Shown here one piece after another: positions 39,840-50,169 of a stretch of 64,000 bases of DNA (within the stretch, counting starts at the first letter, position 1; each line of letters opens with the position of its first letter). The position numbers and the translations under genes are program-made. The notes under the pieces were generated by a model. The model saw only the letters and a list, made by a program, of their open reading frames with translations. It searched no databases and was not told where the DNA came from. The DNA comes from an uncultured Bacillota bacterium (GTDB lineage: Bacteria; Bacillota_I; Bacilli_A; RF39; UBA660), in assembly GCA_947650795.1 (NCBI GenBank), contig CANSWR010000001.1, positions 272 through 64,271 on the forward strand, in the 5' to 3' direction.

Positions 39840-41951
39840 CTATTTCATACCTAAACTTAAGTTAGGATTTTCATTAAATATATTTATTATTGTTTTTTTA
39901 TTTTCTTCTTTTACTTCTGTATGGTAAAATTCAGATTTAATTTTTGTATTTAAAAATGATTTTTCTTTTTGAATCATATTTCTATTAACTGTTACTTTCA
40001 TATAAGCCCTATGATTTGTTGTAACATTATATTTAATATCAAAATCAGTTTTAAATATCTTCTCAATTATGATTTCAACTGGTTTTAAATTCTCTTTATC
40101 AGCAAGTTCTAAAGCATCATAATATTCTTTAGAAACCTTGTTATCCCTTGATCTCTTATTTTTAACTTCATGCTTAATATCTTCAACAGTAAAATATGTA
40201 CTAGATAGGTTTTTCAATGGATTTAGTATTCTTCCAACTGTACCTGATTCATAGCAACTAAACTTACTATATAAAACAGTATCTCTAAATATAGGAAATC
40301 CTATGATTGGAAAAATAATTGTTTTGTAGTGTAACTGTTTTACTTCCTCTGGTGTCATTAAATCTCTACCAATTAAATTAGTAGATTTATCACCATTATA
40401 ATTCATTAAAGACATAGATTGCCTTACACTATTAGATTCAATAGTTTTTTTACCTAACCGTTTTGAAATTGCTTCTGCTGTTTCTTGGGTATTAGTTTTA
40501 AGATATACCAATCCACAGTTATCAAGAATAATCTGTGCAACATCTTTACCATATACATTATCTAATTGAGAAAAAGATTGAATAAAAAAATGAAAATGCA
40601 TTCCCCTCGATCTTGCAACAGATACTATTGCTTCTATATCAGCAAGTGGAGGACAGTTAGCAAATTCATCAAGAATAAAGTCTATTTCTAAAGGCAATTT
40701 CTTTTTCTCATTACTATTAGCAAGTTTTACTAAATTCCTATACAATAATCCGACTATAATAGTTACAAGAGTAAAATATGTTTTATCTTCATCTGGAACT
40801 ATAACATATAAAGCAACTGGTTCTTTGCCTAAAACATTAAATTCAAAATCACTTGTACTGGTAACATTTGCAACATTAATGTCATCAAATATATTCATTT
40901 TTTGACCAAACACTGCTGTAATAGATTTATATGTATTATCACTAGCACTTAATATACTCACTAATGCATCTTTAGATTTACTACCATATTCTTTAGTATT
41001 GATATAATCTTTAAACTTTTTAAAGTTATTTTCTTCCATAGAACTATTTTGAAATTTTCTAATACTAGTCATAGTAATCTTATCTCTGGTAATATTACCT
41101 TCTTTATACTCTTCTAAAAAAAGTCCAATTAGTCCTTCTAATAAATTTTTTGCAGAATTATTCCAAAAAGGATCTTTTTGCTCTACTTTTTCTTGCATCA
41201 CCATCGTTGATAAAGAAGATATAAGTCTATTTGTTTCAGCATAATGTGACATAGATTCATTATTCATTGATATTTTCCTATTTTTCAACTTATCTATTAT
41301 CTCTTTGTTGCTTTTAATTTTATTATTAATCCTGGAAATATTGATAACACTTAATTTAAGTTTTTTTAACTTATCATTTAACATATCATTTTGTTCAATA
41401 TATGGATTTATAGTATTTTGAATTTCAATAGATTTATTTTCAAATTTAATACATTCTTCATATTCTTTGATAATCGGATCTAATATATTTATCTTATTTG
41501 ATAATTCTGGATTTCTAAAATCTATAGTTAATATTTTATAACCTTGATTTTGAAACATCTTTGATGTAGTTTGATAAATCTCTCCTTTTGGATCAGTGAT
41601 AAAAACACTTCGTTTCTTTTTTGCTTTTGAAATAAAAGTACAAGTAGGAATTACTGCTGTTACACTTTTACCACTTCCAGTTGAACCTAAATAGACATAA
41701 TGGGGTGTTTCTCTGTCAAAATAAACATATTTTAAGTCTTTGCTAAAAGAAACAGGGAATCCTGCTTCAATAATATGATTAACCTTTTCTTTTTTAAAGT
41801 TACTTCTTATTTCAGATTCTGTACTAAATCTTGCTGATCCATATTCATTATCATTTTTTACTTTATGCTTCATTAGTAATGGTTCAAGATAAATAAATCC
41901 TAACAAAAAAGCTATTAAAATTACAAGTAAGACAATTAGAATGGTATTCAT
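39840..41951 (-). CDS. Type IV secretion coupling protein (VirD4/TraG/TcpA-like T4CP)
   Basis: N-terminal TM helix. Walker A YLGSTGSGKSVTAVIPT. 703 aa, typical of conjugative coupling ATPases. Confidence 0.75.
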   Translation of the reverse strand: MNTILIVLLVILIAFLLGFIYLEPLLMKHKVKNDNEYGSARFSTESEIRSNFKKEKVNHIIEAGFPVSFSKDLKYVYFDRETPHYVYLGSTGSGKSVTAVIPTCTFISKAKKKRSVFITDPKGEIYQTTSKMFQNQGYKILTIDFRNPELSNKINILDPIIKEYEECIKFENKSIEIQNTINPYIEQNDMLNDKLKKLKLSVINISRINNKIKSNKEIIDKLKNRKISMNNESMSHYAETNRLISSLSTMVMQEKVEQKDPFWNNSAKNLLEGLIGLFLEEYKEGNITRDKITMTSIRKFQNSSMEENNFKKFKDYINTKEYGSKSKDALVSILSASDNTYKSITAVFGQKMNIFDDINVANVTSTSDFEFNVLGKEPVALYVIVPDEDKTYFTLVTIIVGLLYRNLVKLANSNEKKKLPLEIDFILDEFANCPPLADIEAIVSVARSRGMHFHFFIQSFSQLDNVYGKDVAQIILDNCGLVYLKTNTQETAEAISKRLGKKTIESNSVRQSMSLMNYNGDKSTNLIGRDLMTPEEVKQLHYKTIIFPIIGFPIFRDTVLYSKFSCYESGTVGRILNPLKNLSSTYFTVEDIKHEVKNKRSRDNKVSKEYYDALELADKENLKPVEIIIEKIFKTDFDIKYNVTTNHRAYMKVTVNRNMIQKEKSFLNTKIKSEFYHTEVKEENKKTIINIFNENPNLSLGMK

Positions 41952-42397
41952 GCTATATCGTACCCTTCATCTAATTCTCTACAGTAATCTATAATGCTAT
42001 CTAATGTATCGTTTGAATCTAAAGAGCAAAGATAACTTTCTAAATCATCTTCTTGATCTTCAGTAATTTTAATATCATTATCATTTAAATAGGAATATGC
42101 AAAGTACTTCATAACATCATCTTTATATTCATATAGTTCTTGCTCAAAAGCATAATACTGTCCCTGTTGAATCTGTTTTATTATGTCATTAGGATTGCCA
42201 AATTCTTTAGTTGCTTCATCAATATACCATAAATTATTCTTTCCCCATTCAAATAAATCTGATGTATATAGATCCACATTGCTATTAGCAATTTCAGAAA
42301 ACACATCACCAATATAACCAGAATCATAATTTGTAATATCTGAACCATAACAAAATTTTAGTTCTAATTCTAAATCGTTTATTATATCATCATACAT
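41948..42397 (-). CDS. Acidic hypothetical protein (149 aa)
   Basis: Start/stop overlap with the T4CP gene. D/E/Y-rich. No ArdA signature. Confidence 0.3.
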   Translation of the reverse strand: MYDDIINDLELELKFCYGSDITNYDSGYIGDVFSEIANSNVDLYTSDLFEWGKNNLWYIDEATKEFGNPNDIIKQIQQGQYYAFEQELYEYKDDVMKYFAYSYLNDNDIKITEDQEDDLESYLCSLDSNDTLDSIIDYCRELDEGYDIA

Positions 42398-42421
42398 ATT
42401 CTTCCTCCCATAATAAAAGAA

Positions 42422-43012
42422 CTATTCAAGTTCTATGTTTTCTTTTCTCTTTTGTTCTAAATAATCACTATATTCCAAATCTTGACTTAACCATTTATCT
42501 GCATATTCAAAGTCTTCTATTGGAAACTCTTCAACCCAATAATTGTCTGGTGGACAGGCTGTAGCATCTATACAGACAATCTGATTGTGTTCATCAAAAT
42601 AATAAAATGAAACTTCATTACTCTTGATTATATAATCATTGTATAAGTCTTCCATATCTTCATATCTATTAAGTGTACTTTTATATATTTTGTTATTCTT
42701 TTCAGCTAAATATTTATCAGCTTTAAATCTTAATAAATCTATTTTATCTATATCAAAATATTTTCTAAGTTGCTTTTCTTCTTCAAGGCTAACATCTTCT
42801 GGATCAATTGATGATCCATATATATGATTTGTTCCATCAGTAAAACATATTTGATTATCATTCAAATGTTCTTTCACTTCAAAATAAATGTTGGTATATC
42901 TGTCTCTTTCTGAGCCTTCAGAACTATAAATACAGTCTTCAAAAAAATCTATTACTTCACCTTTTGATTCAAATTTCATTAAATCTCCACCACAATTAAC
43001 ATATATATTCAT
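42422..43012 (-). CDS. Hypothetical conjugation-module protein
   Basis: 196-aa ORF in an operon with its neighbours. Confidence 0.3.
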   Translation of the reverse strand: MNIYVNCGGDLMKFESKGEVIDFFEDCIYSSEGSERDRYTNIYFEVKEHLNDNQICFTDGTNHIYGSSIDPEDVSLEEEKQLRKYFDIDKIDLLRFKADKYLAEKNNKIYKSTLNRYEDMEDLYNDYIIKSNEVSFYYFDEHNQIVCIDATACPPDNYWVEEFPIEDFEYADKWLSQDLEYSDYLEQKRKENIELE

Positions 43013-43437
43013 ATATCAAAGTCCTCCTTATCATATTGGTGCATATTATCTTTAACCCAATCATCATCAAATTCTCTTATCATGCTAGGATATTCTAAAT
43101 CCTGTTCTTTCTCATTCTGACTTTCATAAGAAAATTCATCATAATCATCATAAGATTCACCTATTCTTGCATATCTATAAGACATATCTTTTTCTTTTAA
43201 ATGTTTTAATCCTTCCATAATTGCTGATATATCTTCATATCCTTCACAATCCTCATACCATTTAATTGAATTCCATCCAAAATATTTAGACCACTTATTT
43301 TCACTTATTATCCTGCATTCATCTAAAAGGTTGCCATAAGTATAGTTTTTTTTATTTAAATAATTATCAGTAAATTTTTTAAGCTCATCAAAACCTTTTT
43401 TTGATGTAATTATTCTTACATCTGATCTATATCCCAT
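43009..43437 (-). CDS. Acidic hypothetical protein (142 aa)
   Basis: Overlaps the downstream gene by 4 nt. Acidic C-terminus. Confidence 0.3.
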   Translation of the reverse strand: MGYRSDVRIITSKKGFDELKKFTDNYLNKKNYTYGNLLDECRIISENKWSKYFGWNSIKWYEDCEGYEDISAIMEGLKHLKEKDMSYRYARIGESYDDYDEFSYESQNEKEQDLEYPSMIREFDDDWVKDNMHQYDKEDFDI

Positions 43438-43481
43438 AAATCATTCCTCCTTCCACAAAAAATTGTTTAGAATTATAAATT

Positions 43482-44771
43482 TTAATAACTTCTAGAATAA
43501 TTATTACACTCCTGAAATAACTTATCAAAATCTCTTTCTGCCTCTTCCAATTCATCATTTATACTTTTTACTGCTTGTCTAATTTGATATTTATTTTTAA
43601 ATTTATTACTACTTACATTAGATGATAAATAATTTAACAAAATAGTATATTTTGACTGTTTATTATTCCTCTTATATTGCTTATAAACAATTTCTTGAAT
43701 TAAATCGTTTTCCGTAATTTTTGCTTTATTATGTTGATAATAAGCATGATTGACTATAGCATTCAAAACATAATTATCTAAATACTTTTGTTTTTCTTTT
43801 ATTAATGAATTATCTACTATATTTGAATTATTACTTTTAGCAATCTTAATAAAATAATCATTAATATTCACTAAAGCTTCTTTAAATTGCATATATTCAT
43901 CTTTAAGATTAGAATCTTTTGAAAAAATATATTTTTTTATTTCTTTTGTTAGAGCCTTTATCTCTTTATCCTTAATAGAATTAAATTTTATTCTTGTATT
44001 TGAAAATTCTCTTTTTTCAGATATTAAATTACCTAACTTAACAATTTTATCTTCTAATAAAATATCTTCTTTGTCACGGAGTAAAAAATTTCTTTCTTTT
44101 GGATTAAAATATCTTTTTAAGGATTCAATCTCTTGATTAGTTTCTTTTAGTAAAGGTGTAAATACTTTTTCTTTTTCAATATAATGTTCTATCTCATTTT
44201 TTAAGAATCCTAACTCTTTTTGTGATAACTTACCAGCATGTCTATATTTTAATTTCTTTCCATAAGATTTATAATTGGGTTTCTTTTCAGCAAATGATAA
44301 ATGAAAATGAAGATTATCTTGATCAGTATGTAGTGAAAACTGATAACTTATGTTTTTGATATCAGCATACCCACACTTTTTTAGAAACATTGGAATAATA
44401 TGCTTGGCCATTGCCTTTTCAAATTGAGGAATATCTACACTTTCTTCCAAATAACCTTCAGGAAAAGATATAACTAATTTATTAATATTAGAATTTTCAA
44501 TATATCTTGCATACTGCTTTTTCCTTTTTTCTATTTCATCTTTTGTAGCATATTCACCATTTTCAAACATAATATTCATTTCTTCATTTTTACCTAATTT
44601 ACCACTAAAATAATCTAGCATAAAAAATGCTTTTTTCTTATTATCAGAATAGTAGTCAAACATATTCATAGTAGAATCATATACTGCTTGTTGAGTTTTA
44701 TATTTATTATTAAGACTTCTGTAACTAGGAGTAAACATATTCATAACTACTACTTTAGGAGTGTTAGTCAT
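43482..44771 (-). CDS. Relaxase/mobilisation nuclease (MOBP/Q-type, three-His motif)
   Basis: HTDQDNLHFHLSF matches the H-x-D-x-D-x-x-H-x-H metal-binding motif of MobA/TraI-type relaxases. Start taken at MTNTPKVVV (44771), which overlaps the upstream RHH gene stop by 8 nt. The track ORF starts 30 codons earlier. Confidence 0.65.
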   Translation of the reverse strand: MTNTPKVVVMNMFTPSYRSLNNKYKTQQAVYDSTMNMFDYYSDNKKKAFFMLDYFSGKLGKNEEMNIMFENGEYATKDEIEKRKKQYARYIENSNINKLVISFPEGYLEESVDIPQFEKAMAKHIIPMFLKKCGYADIKNISYQFSLHTDQDNLHFHLSFAEKKPNYKSYGKKLKYRHAGKLSQKELGFLKNEIEHYIEKEKVFTPLLKETNQEIESLKRYFNPKERNFLLRDKEDILLEDKIVKLGNLISEKREFSNTRIKFNSIKDKEIKALTKEIKKYIFSKDSNLKDEYMQFKEALVNINDYFIKIAKSNNSNIVDNSLIKEKQKYLDNYVLNAIVNHAYYQHNKAKITENDLIQEIVYKQYKRNNKQSKYTILLNYLSSNVSSNKFKNKYQIRQAVKSINDELEEAERDFDKLFQECNNYSRSY

Positions 44772-45078
44772 TATATTTATCCTTATATCGTTCAGACTTG
44801 AATTTTTGTAAAGCTTTATTATTATTTGGATTAAAAACTTTTTCAATTTCCATATCTGCATAAAATTGTTCTAATAAATCTCTTATATAAATCTGTCTAG
44901 AGTATATCTTTTCCATCAAAGAATTATTTAAATCCAACTTTTTATTGGTATCAATATTATTTAAACCTTGTTCAATTAATTTTCTAACAGCTTGAGAATA
45001 TTTCAAATCATTAGCAATGCAATAATCTCTTATTCTTTTATCTAATTCATTGGTTAATGAAATATGAGGACTTATCAT
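44764..45078 (-). CDS. Ribbon-helix-helix relaxosome accessory protein (MobC/CopG-like)
   Basis: RHH-like KYSQAVRKLIEQGL. Immediately upstream of, and coupled to, the relaxase. Confidence 0.5.
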   Translation of the reverse strand: MISPHISLTNELDKRIRDYCIANDLKYSQAVRKLIEQGLNNIDTNKKLDLNNSLMEKIYSRQIYIRDLLEQFYADMEIEKVFNPNNNKALQKFKSERYKDKYND

Positions 45079-45087
45079 AAGATTCTC

Positions 45088-45528
45088 CTATATGTCTCTT
45101 CCCATGTATTTTGCTTTTTCTTTTAAATGATTTTGAATCAGATTTTCATATTCATCTGAATTTTCAATATCATAAGAAATTTGCCAAACTTCTTCTATTT
45201 CATAATCCACACCATTAGATTGACCAAGTTCATAAATCTTTTTCTCAAGTTTAGACATTAATCCATCAAAATAAAATACCATATCAAATTCTTGTCTTTC
45301 TTCATCATAATCTAATTGAGCAACATTCTCATTTGAATGAACATCATCTATAATTTCTTTAATATGTGATTTGATATAATTTCTAGTATCATCATCATAA
45401 TCATCTAAAAAGTCATTTAAACTAACAATATAATTAAAACTAGATGTTTTATCCATCCCATAGTTTACTATATCATTTGCTATCAATTTACTTATACTTA
45501 ATTTTTCCATACTTTTCCTCCTTCTCAT
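45088..45528 (-). CDS. Acidic hypothetical protein (146 aa), first gene downstream of the candidate oriT
   Basis: D/E/Y-rich (DDYDDDTRNY..., DYDEERQEFD). Confidence 0.35.
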   Translation of the reverse strand: MRRRKSMEKLSISKLIANDIVNYGMDKTSSFNYIVSLNDFLDDYDDDTRNYIKSHIKEIIDDVHSNENVAQLDYDEERQEFDMVFYFDGLMSKLEKKIYELGQSNGVDYEIEEVWQISYDIENSDEYENLIQNHLKEKAKYMGRDI

Positions 45529-45689
45529 AAATAGTTAATAATCCTACTTCGATTATTTCAACTAACATATCATTAATACTTATTCCCCTAGAATCAGCTT
45601 CTATTTTAACCCTTTTAAATAATACATCTTTTATTCTTAATAAAAATCTGTGCATTTTATCACCTTTCTTTTTGGTTTTAATTGGTTTA

Positions 45690-45900
45690 GTTTAGACCAT
45701 AGTTTTTTAAATTATTATTACTAATAATTCAAGAGCATAAGAAGTTGATATCAACACTTTAAATAAAGCCTTATAAAATAAGACTTTGGTGTGATATCAA
45801 ACATATTTTGCACTTGCAAAATGAATCCATTAATATGGTCTAAATTAATAAATAATCCCTTATATAATAAGGATTTTCTATGGTCTAAACTATGGTTTAT
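45690..45900. promoter_or_regulatory. Candidate oriT/regulatory region with nested inverted repeats
   Basis: 15-bp perfect IR TAGTTTAGACCATAG (45698-45712) paired with CTATGGTCTAAACTA (45879-45893). A third ATGGTCTAAA copy at ~45836. A 12-bp palindrome GTTGATATCAAC (45753-45764). An IR TTTTGCA-ct-TGCAAAA (~45806-45823). Largest non-coding gap in the ICE (~360 bp), adjacent to the relaxosome genes. Confidence 0.45.
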
Positions 45901-46828
45901 TTTTATTGTTTATATTCAAATCTAAATATTGATTATGGTCTAATCCGTTATTAAAATCAGGTTTATACAATGGTGTTTTTTCTGAAAAATCTATCAAACT
46001 CATACCATCTACATTACTTTCATCAAATTGTACTTGATAATGTAAATGAGGTCCTGTCGAATAACCTGTAGTCCCAACTCCTGCAAGTTCATCACCTGCT
46101 TTCACCTGATCTCCTTCTTTTACTTTTGATGAACCTGGATACAAATGTGCATACCATACTGTATAAGTTACTTCATCATCTATTTCACATTTAATTTTAA
46201 TTTGATTACCTCCACCTGCTGATGTGTTTGTAACATTTTCATTTTGTGTAAAACTTACTTGAGTTACTGTTCCATCACATGTAGCATAAACTGGTGTCTG
46301 ATTACCTGCTGCTAAGTCCCATGCTGTATGTACATCTGATTCTCCAAAGACAATTCTTTCTTCCATAAAAAAAGATGTAATTGTTGCTTTAGAAAAATCA
46401 ATTGGTGAATTAAAAGGTTTGTTTTGTTCTTCATCAATCTGATTACTAGAATCTAAATCCCTACATACATCATAATTCTTATATTTTTGTAATTCACATA
46501 CTTCACTTATGGTCATCATTTTATTAGTATCTGTATCTATATTATCTATATAAATATCATAAAATGGTAGCTGGTCATTCTCTAAATAAAAGTATAGAAT
46601 TCTGTTTAATGGAACATATCCATATCCATTTTTTAAAGCCTTATTTAAAGTGGATTTATATTGATCTGCATAATCCATATTATTCTCAACATAATCATCA
46701 GTAATATTTGCTCCAAAAAAATCCAATATCATTAAGCAAGGAATAATTATTACAAGTGCCATAGTTACCATTCCTATACTACTTCCCATAACTAATTTCA
46801 TTATTTTACTTTTTTTGTTTTTCTTCAC
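45890..46828 (-). CDS. Membrane-anchored M23 family peptidoglycan endopeptidase (T4SS cell-wall hydrolase)
   Basis: N-terminal TM. M23 motifs HTAWDLAAGNQTPVYA and GYSTGPHLHYQVQ. Confidence 0.75.
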   Translation of the reverse strand: MKKNKKSKIMKLVMGSSIGMVTMALVIIIPCLMILDFFGANITDDYVENNMDYADQYKSTLNKALKNGYGYVPLNRILYFYLENDQLPFYDIYIDNIDTDTNKMMTISEVCELQKYKNYDVCRDLDSSNQIDEEQNKPFNSPIDFSKATITSFFMEERIVFGESDVHTAWDLAAGNQTPVYATCDGTVTQVSFTQNENVTNTSAGGGNQIKIKCEIDDEVTYTVWYAHLYPGSSKVKEGDQVKAGDELAGVGTTGYSTGPHLHYQVQFDESNVDGMSLIDFSEKTPLYKPDFNNGLDHNQYLDLNINNKNKP

Positions 46829-46864
46829 TTATCTACCTCCATAAAAAAAGATAGATTCCTCTAT

Positions 46865-47647
46865 CTATTTACTTGATATATCATTTGATATAATTTTCTC
46901 AACAATCTTATTATTGTCAATATCTACAATAATAAGATCAATTATCTGAATTAGATATTTTTGTACAGTATTAAAATCTTTTACAATTCTGTATACAGAA
47001 TCAGGCATTACTCGTAAAAAAGTGTTTTCTGATAAAGATGTTATTGCAATAGAGTATCGATGTGTCATTTGATTTCTTAATTCACAAATATAATCATGAA
47101 CACCTTTATTTATGTCTGAATCTGTAATATCAAACTTTTCACTGATATAAGATAATATTTCTTGAAAGTTCATTTCATTGCAACCTTTATTTGATAGCTC
47201 TGTAATAATATTTTTATAACTAACCTTTTTAACATCCTTGCCTAAATTATAATATAAATTTAATAATTGAGCCAAAGAATCCCATAATATGATTTCCCTA
47301 AATAGAGCATTTTCAAAATAATAACAAGCATTATTCTCATTTTCACTTAGGATGTTATTCATTGGATTAAATGTATTATAATTAACTTTTTGATATTCAT
47401 CTATACATTTTTCAATAGAGATTCTTGTTTTATTAGACAGATCATTTATTGATTCTATAAAATGATTGTATTTAAAAAAATTCTTAATATCACTATCCAC
47501 TGTATTTCCAATTATTCCTGCAATATATTTACCATTTTCAAAGTTTATATGCAAATTTTTCAAATTAATTTTATATTCGTTTAATAAAACTAAAAATTCT
47601 TTTTTATCTTTTTCATTTATCAACGGTTTAAAATCTTTCTTCATCAT
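46865..47647 (-). CDS. HEPN-domain protein (Abi/Cthe_2314-like candidate RNase)
   Basis: R-x4-H HEPN motif in ICELRNQMTHRYS near the C-terminal third of a helical 260-aa protein. Embedded between the M23 and VirB4 genes. Confidence 0.45.
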   Translation of the reverse strand: MMKKDFKPLINEKDKKEFLVLLNEYKINLKNLHINFENGKYIAGIIGNTVDSDIKNFFKYNHFIESINDLSNKTRISIEKCIDEYQKVNYNTFNPMNNILSENENNACYYFENALFREIILWDSLAQLLNLYYNLGKDVKKVSYKNIITELSNKGCNEMNFQEILSYISEKFDITDSDINKGVHDYICELRNQMTHRYSIAITSLSENTFLRVMPDSVYRIVKDFNTVQKYLIQIIDLIIVDIDNNKIVEKIISNDISSK

Positions 47648-47706
47648 TTCAATCCTTTCTATTTTAATGGAATTTACTTACTGATTATGATTATACCACA
47701 AATCTA

Positions 47707-50169
47707 TTATTTCGTATCCCCTTCACCCATCATTTCTCTTTCAAGTTCAGTTGCTCTAATCCAAATTCTAAGTCTATTTTTAGAGTCTATATTAAGTAAG
47801 AATTCTCCTCTTCTTGCTGACATTAAAAAGTTCTTTTGAGTATCTGTAAGAGGATTTTGCTTAAATAATTCTAGATATGCAAGTAAATCATCTTCTTTAA
47901 GCATACCTATCATCTGATATTGACAGTTATTAAATATAGCTGTTGCATGTCTTAATATTGATTGACTTCCCACAAAATCTTTTACTGATTGAGTTGCAAC
48001 TACAAGTGATCCAGAATATTTTCTAATTCTTCTTGCTAGTTGACCGAAGTTTCTTAAAACCTCAAAATTGTTTTCATCTATAAATAAATGAAATTCATCA
48101 GCAATTATCATCACATGTTTTCTATCTTCCACTTTCATTTTATCATTAAGAATCTTATTTGAAACAATACTATTATTTAAGTATGTAAGAAGATTTAATG
48201 TTTGTGTATTAATAAGTCTTTGATTACCACTATACAAAAGTTCTTGTAGATTAAATGCAATTAAATCATTTTCTAAGTTAATTGTTGTATGTCCATCAAA
48301 AAGATATGAATCTGTTCCAGTTAAGAATCTAGAAAGTAATATATCCAATTGTTCAATTATCTTTTCTTTTTCTTTACTCTTAATATCTTTCTTGTACTCT
48401 GGTAAGAATTCATATAACTCACTAAATATAGGATAATCTTCAGGTTTCATATTTTGCAGTGTATTAATAGATGTATTCTTAAAAATACCTTTTTTATTAT
48501 ATAGACTTTCAACTATTGCAAGTAACATAACTAATTCTTTTTCATTTATACTTTCAAATGCTGTCTTAAAGAATGCTTCTAGGAATCCTAAATGTTTTGC
48601 AAGTGGACAATCAGTTTCTTTAGTATCATGATTTTCATCATCTGATGGAATAAATCTTATTTGTAATGGATTAATAATTCCTCCAGTTTTAGAATAAAGA
48701 TCTATATATTCTCCATGATTTGCTTCTACAATTCTCTTATACTCATTCTCAGCATCAAAAATAAATATTTTAGTACCTCTTCCATATTCATTTACAATCA
48801 TCTTTTTCATGGTATAAGACTTTCCTCCACCTGTAGAAGAAATAATTGCCATATTGTGTGAAGTACGAGAGTTAGTTAAGATAAATGGATCGTAAAATAT
48901 AGGTAAAGATGTATGAATATCTACACCAAACATGTATCCATTTGAATCATTAAAATATGTTTTAGTAAATGGAAAACCAGCACTTAATGTAAGTGTAGGA
49001 AGATAAAAACTATAGTCTTCAAAAGTCTTAGTTGATATATCATAACTTTGCCATGCTTCCATTTGTCTTAATCTTGGAACATCGAGTTTAATTTGATATG
49101 AATCAGCTATTCTTTTTAAATCTCTTACTACTTCTTCTCTGTGTTTTCTATCTCCTTCAACAATTAATATTAAAGAGATTTCTTTAATCTTCTCATCACC
49201 ATTTTTAATATCTTGCATTAAAGCTTGAAAGTTTTCTTTTTGAGTATCAAGTTCTGTAGCATCACTTAATTTCTTTGTAGTATTTCTATCAGTTAATAAA
49301 AATTGATACTGTGAATTTACCCATCTTATCAACTCTTCCTGTGTTATACATTCTTGAATACTAATAGATGCTCTAACATCTGGATAATTAAATATATCTT
49401 CAAAAAACAATTCTGATACAAATGGTGGAACATTTTTAACGGTTAATAACTGTAACTCCTTTTCATCGAATTTTAATTTATCCACCTTTTCAGATATATT
49501 CATGGGACATACTAAGCTAGGTAAATCACTCCATACTAATTCATCCAAGGAATTAGATGTTAGATAAAGGTTTGATAAAAATTTGTAAATTTCTAATTTA
49601 TTGGTAATACCTTCAATATATATTCTAGGAACAATATTTAAAGTAATATCCTCAAGTTCATCTAATTGTTTATTAAGTAATGCCATATCTTTAGCAATTA
49701 TTACCCAATAATAAATGCTTGAAACAGTAAAATTTTTTTCTTCCAAATCATCAATCAATTTTCTTGATTCTTCCAATAAGATTCTTTTATTTTCATCATT
49801 TGAATATTTTTCAATCTTTTTCTCTAAATTAACTTTATTTGCATTTAAGTTTAATTTTTCATTTAATTTATAACACTTCATATTCAAATTGGGTATTTGA
49901 TATAAAGATTTTAACATTGAAAAAAATAAATTCTTTTCATGATTACTAGTTAATGATAAGTCTATTGCTTTAACTTCGATTAAAGTAGCAACTTCACCAG
50001 ATTTCAAATAAATTAATCCATCTTCTCCTATTTCTTTAATATTTGTTATAACTTTAGAATTTTTAATTCTCTTTTTCATTTGACCTTTGGATGAAAACTT
50101 TCTATTATTTTTAGTATCTAGTTTTTTAATTTTCTTTAGAACCTTTTCATCTTTAGTTTGTCTTTCCAA
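47707..50169 (-). CDS. VirB4/TcpF-like T4SS ATPase
   Basis: Walker A ISSTGGGKSYTMKKM. Walker B VMIIADEFHLF. 820 aa. Confidence 0.8.
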   Translation of the reverse strand: MERQTKDEKVLKKIKKLDTKNNRKFSSKGQMKKRIKNSKVITNIKEIGEDGLIYLKSGEVATLIEVKAIDLSLTSNHEKNLFFSMLKSLYQIPNLNMKCYKLNEKLNLNANKVNLEKKIEKYSNDENKRILLEESRKLIDDLEEKNFTVSSIYYWVIIAKDMALLNKQLDELEDITLNIVPRIYIEGITNKLEIYKFLSNLYLTSNSLDELVWSDLPSLVCPMNISEKVDKLKFDEKELQLLTVKNVPPFVSELFFEDIFNYPDVRASISIQECITQEELIRWVNSQYQFLLTDRNTTKKLSDATELDTQKENFQALMQDIKNGDEKIKEISLILIVEGDRKHREEVVRDLKRIADSYQIKLDVPRLRQMEAWQSYDISTKTFEDYSFYLPTLTLSAGFPFTKTYFNDSNGYMFGVDIHTSLPIFYDPFILTNSRTSHNMAIISSTGGGKSYTMKKMIVNEYGRGTKIFIFDAENEYKRIVEANHGEYIDLYSKTGGIINPLQIRFIPSDDENHDTKETDCPLAKHLGFLEAFFKTAFESINEKELVMLLAIVESLYNKKGIFKNTSINTLQNMKPEDYPIFSELYEFLPEYKKDIKSKEKEKIIEQLDILLSRFLTGTDSYLFDGHTTINLENDLIAFNLQELLYSGNQRLINTQTLNLLTYLNNSIVSNKILNDKMKVEDRKHVMIIADEFHLFIDENNFEVLRNFGQLARRIRKYSGSLVVATQSVKDFVGSQSILRHATAIFNNCQYQMIGMLKEDDLLAYLELFKQNPLTDTQKNFLMSARRGEFLLNIDSKNRLRIWIRATELEREMMGEGDTK

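Noticed and set aside
41948-42397. ArdA anti-restriction protein call for the acidic 149-aa protein
   Set aside because: It is acidic like ArdA but lacks the conserved ArdA N-terminal motif (YIANLGKYNEG-like). It is left as hypothetical and only flagged as a DNA-mimic candidate.
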